Of a DNA stretch of 64,000 nt, positions 17,999 through 28,586 are shown piece after piece. Where the stretch lies: positions 25,868-89,867 of the forward strand of contig CAZJVP010000088.1 of NCBI GenBank assembly GCA_964549615.1, given 5' to 3'. The position numbers and the translations under genes are program-made. The stretch comes from an uncultured Thermococci archaeon. Its GTDB lineage: Archaea; CAYQAE01; CAYVLA01. Numbering within the stretch: position 1 is the stretch's first letter; the number at the start of each line of letters is the position of its first letter. Under the pieces are notes generated by a model. That model saw only the letters and a program-made list of their open reading frames with translations, made no database searches and had not been told where the DNA came from.

Positions 17999-19156
17999 TT
18001 GTCCATGGCCGCAGCGCGGTCCATCTGGAAGATCGCTTTCAGAAACCTGTCGGCCCAGAACACGACCACGATCCTGACCGTGGCGGCCATCGCAGTCTGC
18101 GTGATGACCTTCGTATCGATCTTCTCGATACTCGACGGCCTACAGCTCACCATCGAGAGCGTGATGAACAGATCCTACCAGCGCAGCGCCTTCGTCATCA
18201 CGAGCTCGCACACGACGCTCTTCCACGAGAGCGCGATCCCGAGATCGGTCGCAGCCCGGTACAGGCAGATACCCCAGGTCTACGCCCTCTCGGAAGAGGA
18301 CCTCGTGATGGGAACATGCAATGACGCGAACGTGCTACTGGCAGGCGTTGATCTGGAGGATCTCCGAGCGCTATACACCCTTCAGGGATTGGAAAGCGCA
18401 GCGGCCATCGGTCCCGGCGACTGCCTCGTCGGAGATACCCTTTCCGGAACCATCGGGGCCTCCGTGGGCACGAACCTGTCCGTAAGCACCGAACACGGCA
18501 TGTTCGACCTCCGGGTGGCCGGGATATTCCGAACGAGCACTCCGCTTGACGCGCAGATATTGGTCGACCGCAGTTACCTCTCCACCAGGATCCCCAAATT
18601 CGTCGTCAACTCTTCGATCCTGAGGATCCGAGTTCTAGACCCGTCCGACATATCCACGATCGCGGATTTCACCCGATCAAATTACCCCGAGCTTGCGATA
18701 AGGGAGGGAAAACAGGTGAGCAAGTTCTTCGAGAAATCGATCATCAACATCTCACGTCTGCTCAGCACGATCATCGTCTTCGTCGTGCTCCTCATGGTTC
18801 TCGGGATCTACAACTCCATGAACATGGTCGTGTCCGAGCGGAAATGGGAGATAGGAGTCATCAGGGCCATGGGAGCGAGGAGGTCATTCATCCACAGGCT
18901 CTTCATCCTCGAGAGCGCCATGCTCTCGGTTCTCGGCGGCCTCTTCGGCACTGCCTTGGGCATAGCATCTTCCCATGCAATAACCTCCTTCTTCTCGATC
19001 TTCGTGGCGGGCTCGTCAAGCGTGGTGCCGCTCACCAAGATCAGCACGATCGGGTGGGCGATGGCTGCATCGCTTGCGATCGGGCTGGTGGGGGGAATGT
19101 TGCCCGCAAGCCGTGCCTCTAGAGTCGAGATCTCGGAGGCATTGTCGGAGGGATAG
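17999..19156 (+). CDS. ABC permease (MacB/FtsX family)
   Basis: AFRNL plus TM1, extracytoplasmic domain, NSMNMVVSERKWEIGVIRAMGA, PASRASRVE. Confidence 0.92.
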   Translation: MSMAAARSIWKIAFRNLSAQNTTTILTVAAIAVCVMTFVSIFSILDGLQLTIESVMNRSYQRSAFVITSSHTTLFHESAIPRSVAARYRQIPQVYALSEEDLVMGTCNDANVLLAGVDLEDLRALYTLQGLESAAAIGPGDCLVGDTLSGTIGASVGTNLSVSTEHGMFDLRVAGIFRTSTPLDAQILVDRSYLSTRIPKFVVNSSILRIRVLDPSDISTIADFTRSNYPELAIREGKQVSKFFEKSIINISRLLSTIIVFVVLLMVLGIYNSMNMVVSERKWEIGVIRAMGARRSFIHRLFILESAMLSVLGGLFGTALGIASSHAITSFFSIFVAGSSSVVPLTKISTIGWAMAASLAIGLVGGMLPASRASRVEISEALSEG

Positions 19157-19182
19157 GGATCGGCGCCAAGCTAGGCTTCGGC

Positions 19183-22100
19183 ATGAGGGTCTTCCCGAGG
19201 CGGAGGATGTGGCTGTCGCTGGTCGGCATCCTCGTCTGCGCCGTCCTCTTCTTCGGCATTCTCTCGGTGATATACTGGCTCAGGTTCTCCTCGAGCGCCT
19301 ACTTCGGCGAGGCTCGCGACATATACGTCCTGGCGCGAAACAGATCTGCCACAGTGAAACAGTCCCAGATCCCGCTCGCCCTCGCACCCGCCCTTGCCAA
19401 GATGCCCGGAATAGAGGTCGTAAGCCCCGAGCTCTTCATCTACGGCGTCTTGAACGACAAGGCGGTCATAGTCCGGGGCATCTACCCCTACGACTTCCAA
19501 CGCCTCGAGAGCCTTAGGGTGATCCAGGGCCGCTGGCTCAACGAAAAGGACATCATGGGGGCGGTGGCCGGCTACAACCTCGCCCGCAAATTGGGCCTTC
19601 GGGTGAACGACATCTACGTCCTATCCGGATCCGAGGTGGACGACTTCCTGACCATACAGATCGTGGGCATATTCCGGACAGGAGGAATGATAGATGACGA
19701 TCTGCTGCTGAACATGAAATATGCCCGATTCCTCCAGCAGGAAACCCCCGAGGGCTATGCCTCGATCATACGCGTGAAGGCCAACACGACGATCTGGCCC
19801 ACCGTGGACAGCATCTGGAAGGCCATCAGCGGCCCGCCGGCCGTCTCTTCCCTAAGATACCTTCCGGAGCGTCCAAACAACACCGAAAGGCTGGTGATAG
19901 CTTGCGAGGCGAAGGCCTATAGCGAGATAGGGTCCGTCATCCTCCAATACAACAAGTCCGGCAGCAAGACCGTCAACCAGAAGACCATGGAGATGGTCGG
20001 GCCCGCCACCTACCGAACCGAGATCGGTCCGGTGAAGGACTCATCCTGGATCCTGATGTGGGCCAAGGCCGTCGACGTCCTAGGACATGAGTCTTGCACC
20101 GATCCGGTGAACGTCTCGGTCACGGACGCCCTAGGCCCTGACATCTTCGACGTGGACGTTCAGCCGCCGCCCCCACAGACCAAGGACGACGACCTGACCG
20201 TCTCCTTCAAGGCCATCGACTCAAGCGAGCTCGTCAAGAACGTTACCGTCTACGCCTACAGCGCGGGGAGAAACATCTCAGTGGCACTGCCCGACTCAAG
20301 CGGCGGTCCGTACGTCGCACAGATCGGCAGGTTCGAGCCGGGCCAGCTTCTTGTCTGGATCTCGGCCAAGGACAGATTCGATAATCCCAGCCTGACGGGC
20401 TTCTATACCTACCGCATACTCAACAGAACCGATCAATCCGCACCCGAGATCTCCGACATCCTCTACGTGCCAATGCCCCCGTACGACAACTCCACCGTCA
20501 ACATCACGGTGCGGATAAGGGACGATTCCAACATCACGATCGCGAGGATCATGTACGACTTCCAGCTCAGGGGGACGCACTTCAACGCGACGCTTGCGCT
20601 GAACCGGAGCGCAGAGAAGGACCTGTGGACCGCCACGCTGGGTCCATTCCCGGGCGCAACCAACGTGCACCTCAAGGTATATGCGCAGGACGAGTTCGGC
20701 AATGCAGGCTACTCCCAACCTAAGGAGCTCTCCATACGGTACTCGGAACCTCCGGAGGAGTTCTTCGTCTACAGGTTCCCCTTCGCCTCCATCCCGGGCA
20801 TCAACAACCTGCTGTTCATGTATCTTTACGACGCATCCGAGATAGCTAGGGTGGACGTAACCTTCTACGACAGGGGCATGTGGAGGAACCTCTCGATACC
20901 TGTGAACGTCACGACATTCAGGGACCCTCTCCTGCTGGGCAGGCTGATCGCGGGAACCAAGCTGTATTCGGTGGCCATGACGGACGCAAAGAACCAGACC
21001 ACCAGGACCCCCGTCGCGGGGCAGAACAGCTTCCTCGTCTCAAAGCAACCGCCGTCTGCGTACAGCATCGTCTATCCCGCGAGGGTGCTTCCGGGCGAGT
21101 ACGTGGCTGTGTCCTTCAACGTGTCCTCTCTTTTCCCGATCTCGCGCGTGTACGTGACCGACTCCAGGGACGTGATCGTCCCCGGCAACTGGACGGGCTC
21201 GAAATACGTCAGCAGACTGGGACCATACTGGCGGCCCGGCCAGTACAGCTTCGTCGTAACGGTCGAGGACTTCGCCGGGAACGTGTACCGATCGCCCCAG
21301 ATGCAGCTTACGGTCCTTGAGAGCGCGATACAGGACATCGACTTTTCTCCTAATCCCCCAATTCTGGGGGAGAACCTGACCGTCACGTGCAGAATCGTTG
21401 GCGATTCTCCGGGGGCAAGCGTCGACCTCATCGCCCCCATGGGAGCAAAGAACCCTCGAACCCCCATGTCGATGCAAGGCAGCTTGAGGAGCGCAACCAT
21501 CACCATCGATCAGCCCGGAGTGATCGCCTTCTCGATCGAGGCAAGGATCGGGAACGAGATCTACAGATCGGAAACCCAACGCATCGTCGTCGCCTCCTTC
21601 GAGACTTCCCTCTTTACTGCACACCGCCCCTCATATCCTACCTCCACCGACGGCGTCGTGATTCAGATCCGTTGCCGGGACGCAGAGCAGATCTACGCCG
21701 TCATCCTCAACTGGACGAACGGAACCTACGGCAAGAGGGAGATCTGGACCCCTAGGACCCCTTATTTCGCGGTCGACTTTCGCCCCGGGACTCAGACCTC
21801 GGACGTACTCTACCGGCTGGAGATCCACGGATCGAAGGGCGTGATCAGGTACCCTGACGCGATGAACGAGTGGATCACGGTCCCGATCGCGCGCAACCTC
21901 TTCGACCCACCCGAGATCAAGGGCTACGCGCTCGCCCCGCAGACCTACATCAACCTGGCTGGAGCGAGGCCCAGCGACTTCCTGATCGCCGCCTCTTGCG
22001 ACGTGGCCGACGTGGAGGGCTTGTCCAAGGTCTGGATCGAGTACAAGGTCGGCGAGACTTCCTATGCGGACCCGCTCTTTCCTTCCGCGGACCCGTACGC

Positions 22101-25100
22101 GGCGTTCGCCGGCAGGTACGTGGCCTACCTCGGGCCCTTCCCCTTGAACACCACGATAACGGCGCGGATGCTAGCCACCGATATCGCAGGGAAGACCTCG
22201 TCAACTCCCTACTTCGAATACACCCTCACGGACAACCAACCTCCAGACATCACCCAGGTCTACCACGATCCCCTCAACCCCAACCCAAGCCAGGAGGTCA
22301 CGATCGGCTGCGAGGTCACGGACGACTCGGGGGTGAAGGAGGTGCTCCTCGTTGTGAACGAAACTAGGGGCGAGTATTCGGAGAGAATGAACAAGTATGG
22401 GAACAAGTACACCTTGCGGATCGTTTCCCCCTCGGCCGGGCAGACCATCTCGTACAGCATACGGGCAACGGACAACTACGGCAATTCGAACCAGACCGCC
22501 TGGCTCAGCATTCGCTCGGTCGACATCAACCCGCCCGAGATCAGCGAAGTCATCCAGGTACCAGCCCAACCCACCGACAAGCAGACCGTGAACATCACCG
22601 TCGTCCTGATCGACTGGGAGGACGCCATCCAGAACGTCACCCTGCTCTGGTACCAGTACACCTGGAAGCAGAAGACCCAGGAGGGAGGGAAGGGCTGGCT
22701 CACCCGCACCTTCACCATCAACGCATCGGAGTTGGAGCCCGGCATCGACGTGCGCTACAAGATCGAGGCCTACGACCGGTCCGGCAACAAGGCCGTGTAC
22801 CCCAAGATACTGCAGCCCGAGTCCGTCGCCCGGACCCTAGCTCATCTCGGTCAACGGGGTCTGGAACCCTACCTCACGTTCAGGGTGATCGACCGCACGC
22901 CTCCCAGCCTTCACCTGGAGTTCTCTCCCTCGGAGCCCAACGAACTGCAGACCGTGACCTTCTCCATCCGTGCCTCCGATAACCATCTGCTGAGGAACGT
23001 CACCCTCGTTCTCTTCGTCGATGAGGATGACCGCGGTTATCGTTGGGTCATGGGACGCCCAAGCTTCGAGGAAGAGGTATCGTCCGGCCCGCTTCGCGCA
23101 GGAGGGACGGTGGTCTGCTATCTTGAGGCATACGATCATTCCGGCAACCACGCTCGCTACCCGGACTCCTGGAACCTCAGCATTCCGGTCAAGATCCTGC
23201 AATGGGGCGGACTCATTGCCAGGATAGACCCGACCGTCAACGTCGAGGTTTCGGGCCCGGCCAGCTTCTCGGAGGACATGGCTAGACAGGGTGCCGGAAA
23301 GATAGTCGCCAGCATAAACGGGATCTTGTTCATGACCTTTCTGGCGACGATCGCGGGGATAGGCAACATAATCTACAGCTCGATCTACAAGTCCAAGCGA
23401 GAGATCGGGATCGTACGCACCCTGGGCGGGAGCAAGAAGTTCGTAACCCTCTTGGTCACATGCGTCACCGTCCTCATCGGATTTTTCGCCGGCCTTATGG
23501 GTTGCGGGATCGCCTACCTACTGATGGTCGTCCTGTCAAGGCTCGGCGCAAGCCTCGCATGGGTAACCCTGAGGCCTACCTTCGACCTGCTGGTGTTTGG
23601 GGCTACCGTGGCGGCGTCGGTCACCATCAGCGTCTTCGGCGGACTGGTGGCCCTCGGGAGGCTTTTCTCCTACACCCCGATCGAATCGATCAGAAAGCTC
23701 GTGCCTCCTGCGCCGAAAGAAAGGGAACCGACATACATCGAGAACACCAAGGCCTTCTCCACCAAGACCATCGCCGTCCTCCTGCTGCTGATCGTCCCGG
23801 CAGCCGCTATGATCCGGCTGTATCCCACCCGGATCTCGGGAATGCCCTTTGACCCCGACTCATGGCTACACCTCCAAGCCGCCAAGGACATGGCAATCTC
23901 GCACCAGATCCGCCTAGACTACGACTCGCGCGAGCTGCAGGCCGTGAGCGCGCTGCCCGGCCTGAACATCCTCCTTCTGTTCGCCCAACAACTCACCGGT
24001 ACCCAGCTGCTCCCGGCTAGGCTGCTGACCCCTCTGGCGAGCTCTCTCGGCCTCCTATTCGCATTCGCGCTGGCCAGGAGAGTCTCTCGAAGCGCGTTGG
24101 CCGGCGCCGTAGCCTGCCTTGTCCTCGCCTTCGCTGGCTTCTATTCAAACCGGACGGCGGCCCTCACGAAGGAGGCCTTGGGGCTCCAGCTCCTTCTATT
24201 CTGCCTGCTCCTGCTGTACGTCGGGCGACAGCTTCGAAGCGCCAAGCTCAAGGGTCTGACTTTCCTCGCGTCGGTTGCGCTGGCCCTGACCCATCATCTC
24301 ACGGCCATCTACTTCCTGCTCATCCTGGTCGGATACCTTGCCCTGGTCAACCTCCTCAGCTACTCCAGGGGCACCCTTGATCGCCAGGAGGCCCGGCAGG
24401 ATGTGCTCCTGTTCACGGCCGTCCTGATCAGCTTCATGATCATAACTCTCACGCTGGGAAAGTACGAAACGAAGATGCCGTTGCAGGATGCGCTCCTGAT
24501 CATCTCCCTTTTCTACGTCGTCATAGGCTTCGGCAGGCTCCTTCTATCGTCAGCCTTCATGAATCGGCATCGGCGAATGATCACGCTGATGTCTGCAGGC
24601 GCGATGGTCGCCTTCCCCATCCTCGCCCACCGCGCAGGCCTCTTCTCATACGCTCCGTGGGAGCAGTTCATGCCCATGCTGGCCCCCCACCTCGTGCTCC
24701 TGGCCATTGCCGTGCTCGGCTTATTCCCTGTGTCGATTCTTTCCGAGGAGCAGAAGGCCTTCCTCCTGGCCTGGATATCGGCGGTTCTGCCGTTCGTCTT
24801 GTTCGGGGTGGTAAAGAGGGACATCTTGGGCTACATCCTTCTGTTCCGGAACATCGCCTATGGCTACCAACTGGCGGCCCTCATGCTTGCGATAGCGGTC
24901 GTCTACGCATACAAGCGGTTTGAATCAGGTCGGCCGACCCGCCTGAGAAGGCTCGCCATCGCCATTGGAATCATTCTCCTCATTTGCGATATGGGTCTGG
25001 CCTCCTACATGGGATTCCTGTCCCAAGACTACGAGCTAAAGGATCTCTACTATCCGCGGGAGATGAGCGCCGCCCTGAAGGTGAATGCATCGACCCTGCG

Positions 25101-25422
25101 CGGGCAGCTGGTGGGCGCGGACGAGCGTGGCCGGAGGCTGCTCCTGTACGTCACCGGCGAAGACGGCGACCAGGTGACCACATACGTGTACCTGGTTCGG
25201 GTCGAGAAATACATCATAAACCAGTACTACCGCAGGTACTTTGAGATGACGGACAGGCCGCTCACCCACATCTTCCTGTATTCGGACATGTACAGGGTCG
25301 GATTCATCGACTCGGTCATCTTCAGGGATATCCCGAGGCTGCGTCTCAACAGGTTTGAGGATGTCGTCTTCGACAACGGCGACGATAAGCTGATCTACGT
25401 GGCAAGAAAGGACTGGCCATAG
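19183..25422 (+). CDS. Giant fusion: MacB/FtsX permease with ~11 Ig-like repeats plus a GT-C-fold membrane glycosyltransferase
   Basis: MacB core (aa 1-~215); repeats PP.I...P..P...A.D..GN (~19830-23200); SKREIGIVRTLGG FtsX TMs (~23300-23670); PFDPDSWLH loop followed by ~11-13 TMs and a soluble tail. Confidence 0.8.
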   Translation: MRVFPRRRMWLSLVGILVCAVLFFGILSVIYWLRFSSSAYFGEARDIYVLARNRSATVKQSQIPLALAPALAKMPGIEVVSPELFIYGVLNDKAVIVRGIYPYDFQRLESLRVIQGRWLNEKDIMGAVAGYNLARKLGLRVNDIYVLSGSEVDDFLTIQIVGIFRTGGMIDDDLLLNMKYARFLQQETPEGYASIIRVKANTTIWPTVDSIWKAISGPPAVSSLRYLPERPNNTERLVIACEAKAYSEIGSVILQYNKSGSKTVNQKTMEMVGPATYRTEIGPVKDSSWILMWAKAVDVLGHESCTDPVNVSVTDALGPDIFDVDVQPPPPQTKDDDLTVSFKAIDSSELVKNVTVYAYSAGRNISVALPDSSGGPYVAQIGRFEPGQLLVWISAKDRFDNPSLTGFYTYRILNRTDQSAPEISDILYVPMPPYDNSTVNITVRIRDDSNITIARIMYDFQLRGTHFNATLALNRSAEKDLWTATLGPFPGATNVHLKVYAQDEFGNAGYSQPKELSIRYSEPPEEFFVYRFPFASIPGINNLLFMYLYDASEIARVDVTFYDRGMWRNLSIPVNVTTFRDPLLLGRLIAGTKLYSVAMTDAKNQTTRTPVAGQNSFLVSKQPPSAYSIVYPARVLPGEYVAVSFNVSSLFPISRVYVTDSRDVIVPGNWTGSKYVSRLGPYWRPGQYSFVVTVEDFAGNVYRSPQMQLTVLESAIQDIDFSPNPPILGENLTVTCRIVGDSPGASVDLIAPMGAKNPRTPMSMQGSLRSATITIDQPGVIAFSIEARIGNEIYRSETQRIVVASFETSLFTAHRPSYPTSTDGVVIQIRCRDAEQIYAVILNWTNGTYGKREIWTPRTPYFAVDFRPGTQTSDVLYRLEIHGSKGVIRYPDAMNEWITVPIARNLFDPPEIKGYALAPQTYINLAGARPSDFLIAASCDVADVEGLSKVWIEYKVGETSYADPLFPSADPYAAFAGRYVAYLGPFPLNTTITARMLATDIAGKTSSTPYFEYTLTDNQPPDITQVYHDPLNPNPSQEVTIGCEVTDDSGVKEVLLVVNETRGEYSERMNKYGNKYTLRIVSPSAGQTISYSIRATDNYGNSNQTAWLSIRSVDINPPEISEVIQVPAQPTDKQTVNITVVLIDWEDAIQNVTLLWYQYTWKQKTQEGGKGWLTRTFTINASELEPGIDVRYKIEAYDRSGNKAVYPKILQPESVARTLAHLGQRGLEPYLTFRVIDRTPPSLHLEFSPSEPNELQTVTFSIRASDNHLLRNVTLVLFVDEDDRGYRWVMGRPSFEEEVSSGPLRAGGTVVCYLEAYDHSGNHARYPDSWNLSIPVKILQWGGLIARIDPTVNVEVSGPASFSEDMARQGAGKIVASINGILFMTFLATIAGIGNIIYSSIYKSKREIGIVRTLGGSKKFVTLLVTCVTVLIGFFAGLMGCGIAYLLMVVLSRLGASLAWVTLRPTFDLLVFGATVAASVTISVFGGLVALGRLFSYTPIESIRKLVPPAPKEREPTYIENTKAFSTKTIAVLLLLIVPAAAMIRLYPTRISGMPFDPDSWLHLQAAKDMAISHQIRLDYDSRELQAVSALPGLNILLLFAQQLTGTQLLPARLLTPLASSLGLLFAFALARRVSRSALAGAVACLVLAFAGFYSNRTAALTKEALGLQLLLFCLLLLYVGRQLRSAKLKGLTFLASVALALTHHLTAIYFLLILVGYLALVNLLSYSRGTLDRQEARQDVLLFTAVLISFMIITLTLGKYETKMPLQDALLIISLFYVVIGFGRLLLSSAFMNRHRRMITLMSAGAMVAFPILAHRAGLFSYAPWEQFMPMLAPHLVLLAIAVLGLFPVSILSEEQKAFLLAWISAVLPFVLFGVVKRDILGYILLFRNIAYGYQLAALMLAIAVVYAYKRFESGRPTRLRRLAIAIGIILLICDMGLASYMGFLSQDYELKDLYYPREMSAALKVNASTLRGQLVGADERGRRLLLYVTGEDGDQVTTYVYLVRVEKYIINQYYRRYFEMTDRPLTHIFLYSDMYRVGFIDSVIFRDIPRLRLNRFEDVVFDNGDDKLIYVARKDWP

Positions 25423-25433
25423 GGGGCCTGCGG

Positions 25434-26234
25434 GTGAGCAAGAGATTCGCTCTGAGGGTTGACATCGACACCGTCCGCGGGCTTTTGGACGGAGTCCCCC
25501 CGCTGCTCAGAATCTGCGAGGACCTCGACATCAGGGCGACATTCTTCGCGACGGTGGGAACCGACACGACGGCAAGAGCCTTCCTCGTCGCCCCTCGGCT
25601 TCGCAGGCATAAGGTGATCAACCCGCTGTCGAAGTACGGGCTGCGCGAGTTGCTGGGATCTACGGTCGGACGAAGATTCTCGCCTCATGCCGAGAGAATC
25701 CGGGCCATCGAGAAGCAAGGACACGAGGTCCAGCTCCACTGCTACAACCATCTCGAGTGGGTCAGGAAGATCGGGCATGCCGATGTGCCGACGGCCCTAT
25801 CCATGATCAAACGGGGCGCGACAGCCTTTGAGACCATCATGGGCAGACGCCCGGAGGGGTTCGCATCACCCTCGTTCAAGGTGACCGACGCGGTCTTGGA
25901 TGCGGAGGAAAAGCTCGCCTTCAAGTACGCAAGCGATTACAAGACGGAGGGCCACGGGCGCCCCTTCAGGCAGAACGGGCGATCCGTGCTCCAGATACCC
26001 GTGAACACGCCCTTGATCGAGGACCGGGTCGCCGAGGGCGTGCCCGACGATCGCATACTCTCCGAGTTGGTGGGGATCATCAAGAACAGCTCCCTCACCG
26101 TAATGTATATCCACGCCTGCTACGAGCCGCTCCTGAAACCACAACTCCTGCGCTCAGTGCTCCAAGGCGCCTTGGGACTCGCGGAGAGCGTCACCTTCAC
26201 GGAGATCTGGCGGGATTGGAATCCATCAGAATAG
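25434..26234 (+). CDS. Polysaccharide deacetylase, ArnD-like
   Basis: ALRVDIDTVRG, ATFF, HEVQLHCYNH, YASD, LQIPVN, YIHA. Confidence 0.85.
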   Translation: MSKRFALRVDIDTVRGLLDGVPPLLRICEDLDIRATFFATVGTDTTARAFLVAPRLRRHKVINPLSKYGLRELLGSTVGRRFSPHAERIRAIEKQGHEVQLHCYNHLEWVRKIGHADVPTALSMIKRGATAFETIMGRRPEGFASPSFKVTDAVLDAEEKLAFKYASDYKTEGHGRPFRQNGRSVLQIPVNTPLIEDRVAEGVPDDRILSELVGIIKNSSLTVMYIHACYEPLLKPQLLRSVLQGALGLAESVTFTEIWRDWNPSE

Positions 26235-27388
26235 CCCTGATATACGAGCTCGGACCGACCGACGACGGGTCCTTCCTCGGCGGAATAGAGTCGCACATCC
26301 TAGGGCTTGCCAGGGAGCTTGCCAGAGAGCATGAAGTAACCCTGCTGACCGGAATGATCCCCGGAGCGAGGCGCAGGACGCGGATGGATGGTTTCACCAT
26401 CGTAAGGTGCGACGCGCTCGGGCTTTTGGCGCGGACCTGGAACCCGACAAACCTGACGAATGCACGCCAGCTATTCTCGATCCCCACATTCTCTGCGGGC
26501 GGGCTCAATGTAGATGCGGACATCTACCATGGCCACGTGTATGCGTCAGGCCTCGTCGCCCTCGTTCTAGCGAGGCTGCGGCGAGCACGCGCCATCAACA
26601 CGATTCACGGATCCTACTATGAACACTGGCATGAGATCACCAGCTCAACGCTCAAGTCGACGGCATACAGGGTATCCGAAAGGGTCCTTGCGACCTTCCT
26701 TGCTAAACGATGCCATCGGCAGATTCATACCGCAACGGATTTTGCGGAGAAGGTTAGGATCTGGAGCGGCGCGCATGAGAAGATCAAGGTCATCCTGAAT
26801 GGCGTTGACGCCGACAGGTTCTCGCCGGACGTTGAGCCCCTGCAGCGCTATGAGCGGCCAGTCGTCATGACCGTTCGGAGGCTGGTGCCCAAAAACGGCG
26901 TGCGCTACTTCGTCGAGGCCCGGCGGCACCTAGCAACAGATGCCCAGTTCGTGGTCGTCGGCGACGGCCCTGAGAGGCCGGCCCTCGAGAAGCAGGCACG
27001 GGACCTCGGACTGTCGGGCAAGGTAAGCTTCCTTGGAGCAGTTCCCAACGATCGGCTTCCCCGCGTGCTGGCTTCAGCGGACGTCGTTGTCGTGCCGAGC
27101 ATCGTGGAGGCATCCAGCATCTCGCTATTGGAGGCCATGGCCATGGAGAAGCCGTGCGTCGTGACCAACATCCCGGGCATCGACGAGGTGGCCAGTCCCG
27201 ATAGGACCCTAATGGTGCCTGTGGCGGATCCCCGGGCGATAGCTGGGGCCGTCGACATCCTGTTGACCGACCCCTCGGCCCGGGCTTCATTGGGCAGAAA
27301 GGCAAGACAGTACGTCGTGTCCGAACGGTCCCAGAGAATCGTTGCCCGGCAGACCCTGGCAGTCTATAAAGAGGCCCTCGGGTGCTAG
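26216..27388 (+). CDS. GT4 family glycosyltransferase
   Basis: GGIESH, NGVD, RRLVPKNG, VGDGP, PSIVEASSISLLEAMA. Confidence 0.92.
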   Translation: MESIRIALIYELGPTDDGSFLGGIESHILGLARELAREHEVTLLTGMIPGARRRTRMDGFTIVRCDALGLLARTWNPTNLTNARQLFSIPTFSAGGLNVDADIYHGHVYASGLVALVLARLRRARAINTIHGSYYEHWHEITSSTLKSTAYRVSERVLATFLAKRCHRQIHTATDFAEKVRIWSGAHEKIKVILNGVDADRFSPDVEPLQRYERPVVMTVRRLVPKNGVRYFVEARRHLATDAQFVVVGDGPERPALEKQARDLGLSGKVSFLGAVPNDRLPRVLASADVVVVPSIVEASSISLLEAMAMEKPCVVTNIPGIDEVASPDRTLMVPVADPRAIAGAVDILLTDPSARASLGRKARQYVVSERSQRIVARQTLAVYKEALGC

Positions 27389-27761
27389 GCCCGCGAAAGC
27401 AGCAGTGCCGCGAGTATGCCGAGCGCTATGCCCGCTGAGACCCTGATGCTCAGCCTTCCGCCCAACGCCTACAGGCACAGCGCCGCAAACACCACGTTCC
27501 CCAGCACCATCACGAGGTTGAGCCCAACAATCCCGGCACATCGTTGGAGAGAAGCGCCAGATCGAATGCCAGGACGAGCAACCCCATGGCCAGAACGCTC
27601 TAGACGTACGGGTTTCTCGCCAGAGAGGCGATGTAGGACCCCTCGAAAAACCCGGGCAGGTCGGTCCTCTCCAGCCGCGAGGCTGCCACCTTGTGAAGGA
27701 AGGGGTTCGCACCGCTGAGCAGCCCCGCCGCGATCGCAAAGAGCAGTATCCTCGTTTCCAA
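27385..27761 (-). pseudogene. Disrupted EamA/SMR (ArnE/ArnF-like) 4-TM flippase
   Basis: Four hydrophobic segments across two frames, with in-frame TAGs at 27600-27602 and 27469-27471 and a frameshift near 27540. Confidence 0.65.
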
Positions 27762-27766
27762 GATGC

Positions 27767-28537
27767 CTACCCCGCAGCAGGGATCGGAGCGCCGGCCTCG
27801 GCCACTCGGACCTTGCGATAGACAAGGAACCAAAATATGAAGATCCAGCCTATGAAGAACACGAAGCCGAAGTAGTCGTGGAAGGTCTTCATCGCGTCGA
27901 ATCCGACATGGACGGTTATGAGGCACAGAACCACGATTCGTACTATGTTCGCCGAGTAGGTGCCTATCGCCCCCACGGCGAAGTACACAGCACCCATCCG
28001 CCTGCTCACCCGTTTCCGCAGGTCCACAAGCATCATGGCGAAGAAGGCCAAGAAGAGGAACGAGGAGTGTATGCCCGAGCATGCCTCGGTCACCTGAAGC
28101 GTCACCGGGGTCGAGTAGTCCGGGGCGGAGAGCACTATCTCGTTTCCAGTGCCCGAGAAGGGCAGCCCTATGAGTTTGAGGACGGACCTTGAAAGGTACA
28201 TGACATTGCCGAGCCACACCTTTCCAAAGGGGGTCTCCAGGATGTATTTATCGAAGCCGATCGTTATGAGGAAATAGAACACCAGGACGGGCGTCACGAA
28301 AAAGTAGAGGAGTTCCTTGTACCGTAGCAGCGCTTCGTATTCCGAAGACAGGTAACGATAGGCCAGGAAGAGCGATGCGATACCCGTGAAGACAAGCCCG
28401 GTTGCGATCGTGAGGCTGACGGACCGGAGCCTCTGGAACAGCAGGTAGGCTGCAAGTGCCACGCCCACGTACACGTAGCCCAGGATCGCTCTCGGCGCTA
28501 AGGAGAAACTGGACCTGAGGCGGGAGGAATACTTCAT
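27767..28537 (-). CDS. Exosortase/archaeosortase family transpeptidase
   Basis: Multi-TM; VTEACSGIHS (Cys), ANIVRIVV (Arg), FHDYFG (His). Confidence 0.88.
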   Translation of the reverse strand: MKYSSRLRSSFSLAPRAILGYVYVGVALAAYLLFQRLRSVSLTIATGLVFTGIASLFLAYRYLSSEYEALLRYKELLYFFVTPVLVFYFLITIGFDKYILETPFGKVWLGNVMYLSRSVLKLIGLPFSGTGNEIVLSAPDYSTPVTLQVTEACSGIHSSFLFLAFFAMMLVDLRKRVSRRMGAVYFAVGAIGTYSANIVRIVVLCLITVHVGFDAMKTFHDYFGFVFFIGWIFIFWFLVYRKVRVAEAGAPIPAAG

Positions 28538-28586
28538 CCTGCGCGGATGGCATAGGGATGGCTGATAAATGGCTCGAGAATCCTCG

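Noticed and set aside
27469-27602. Pyrrolysine/amber recoding of the two in-frame TAGs
   Set aside because: The gene also has a frameshift, TAG ends many core genes here, and no pyl genes are in the window
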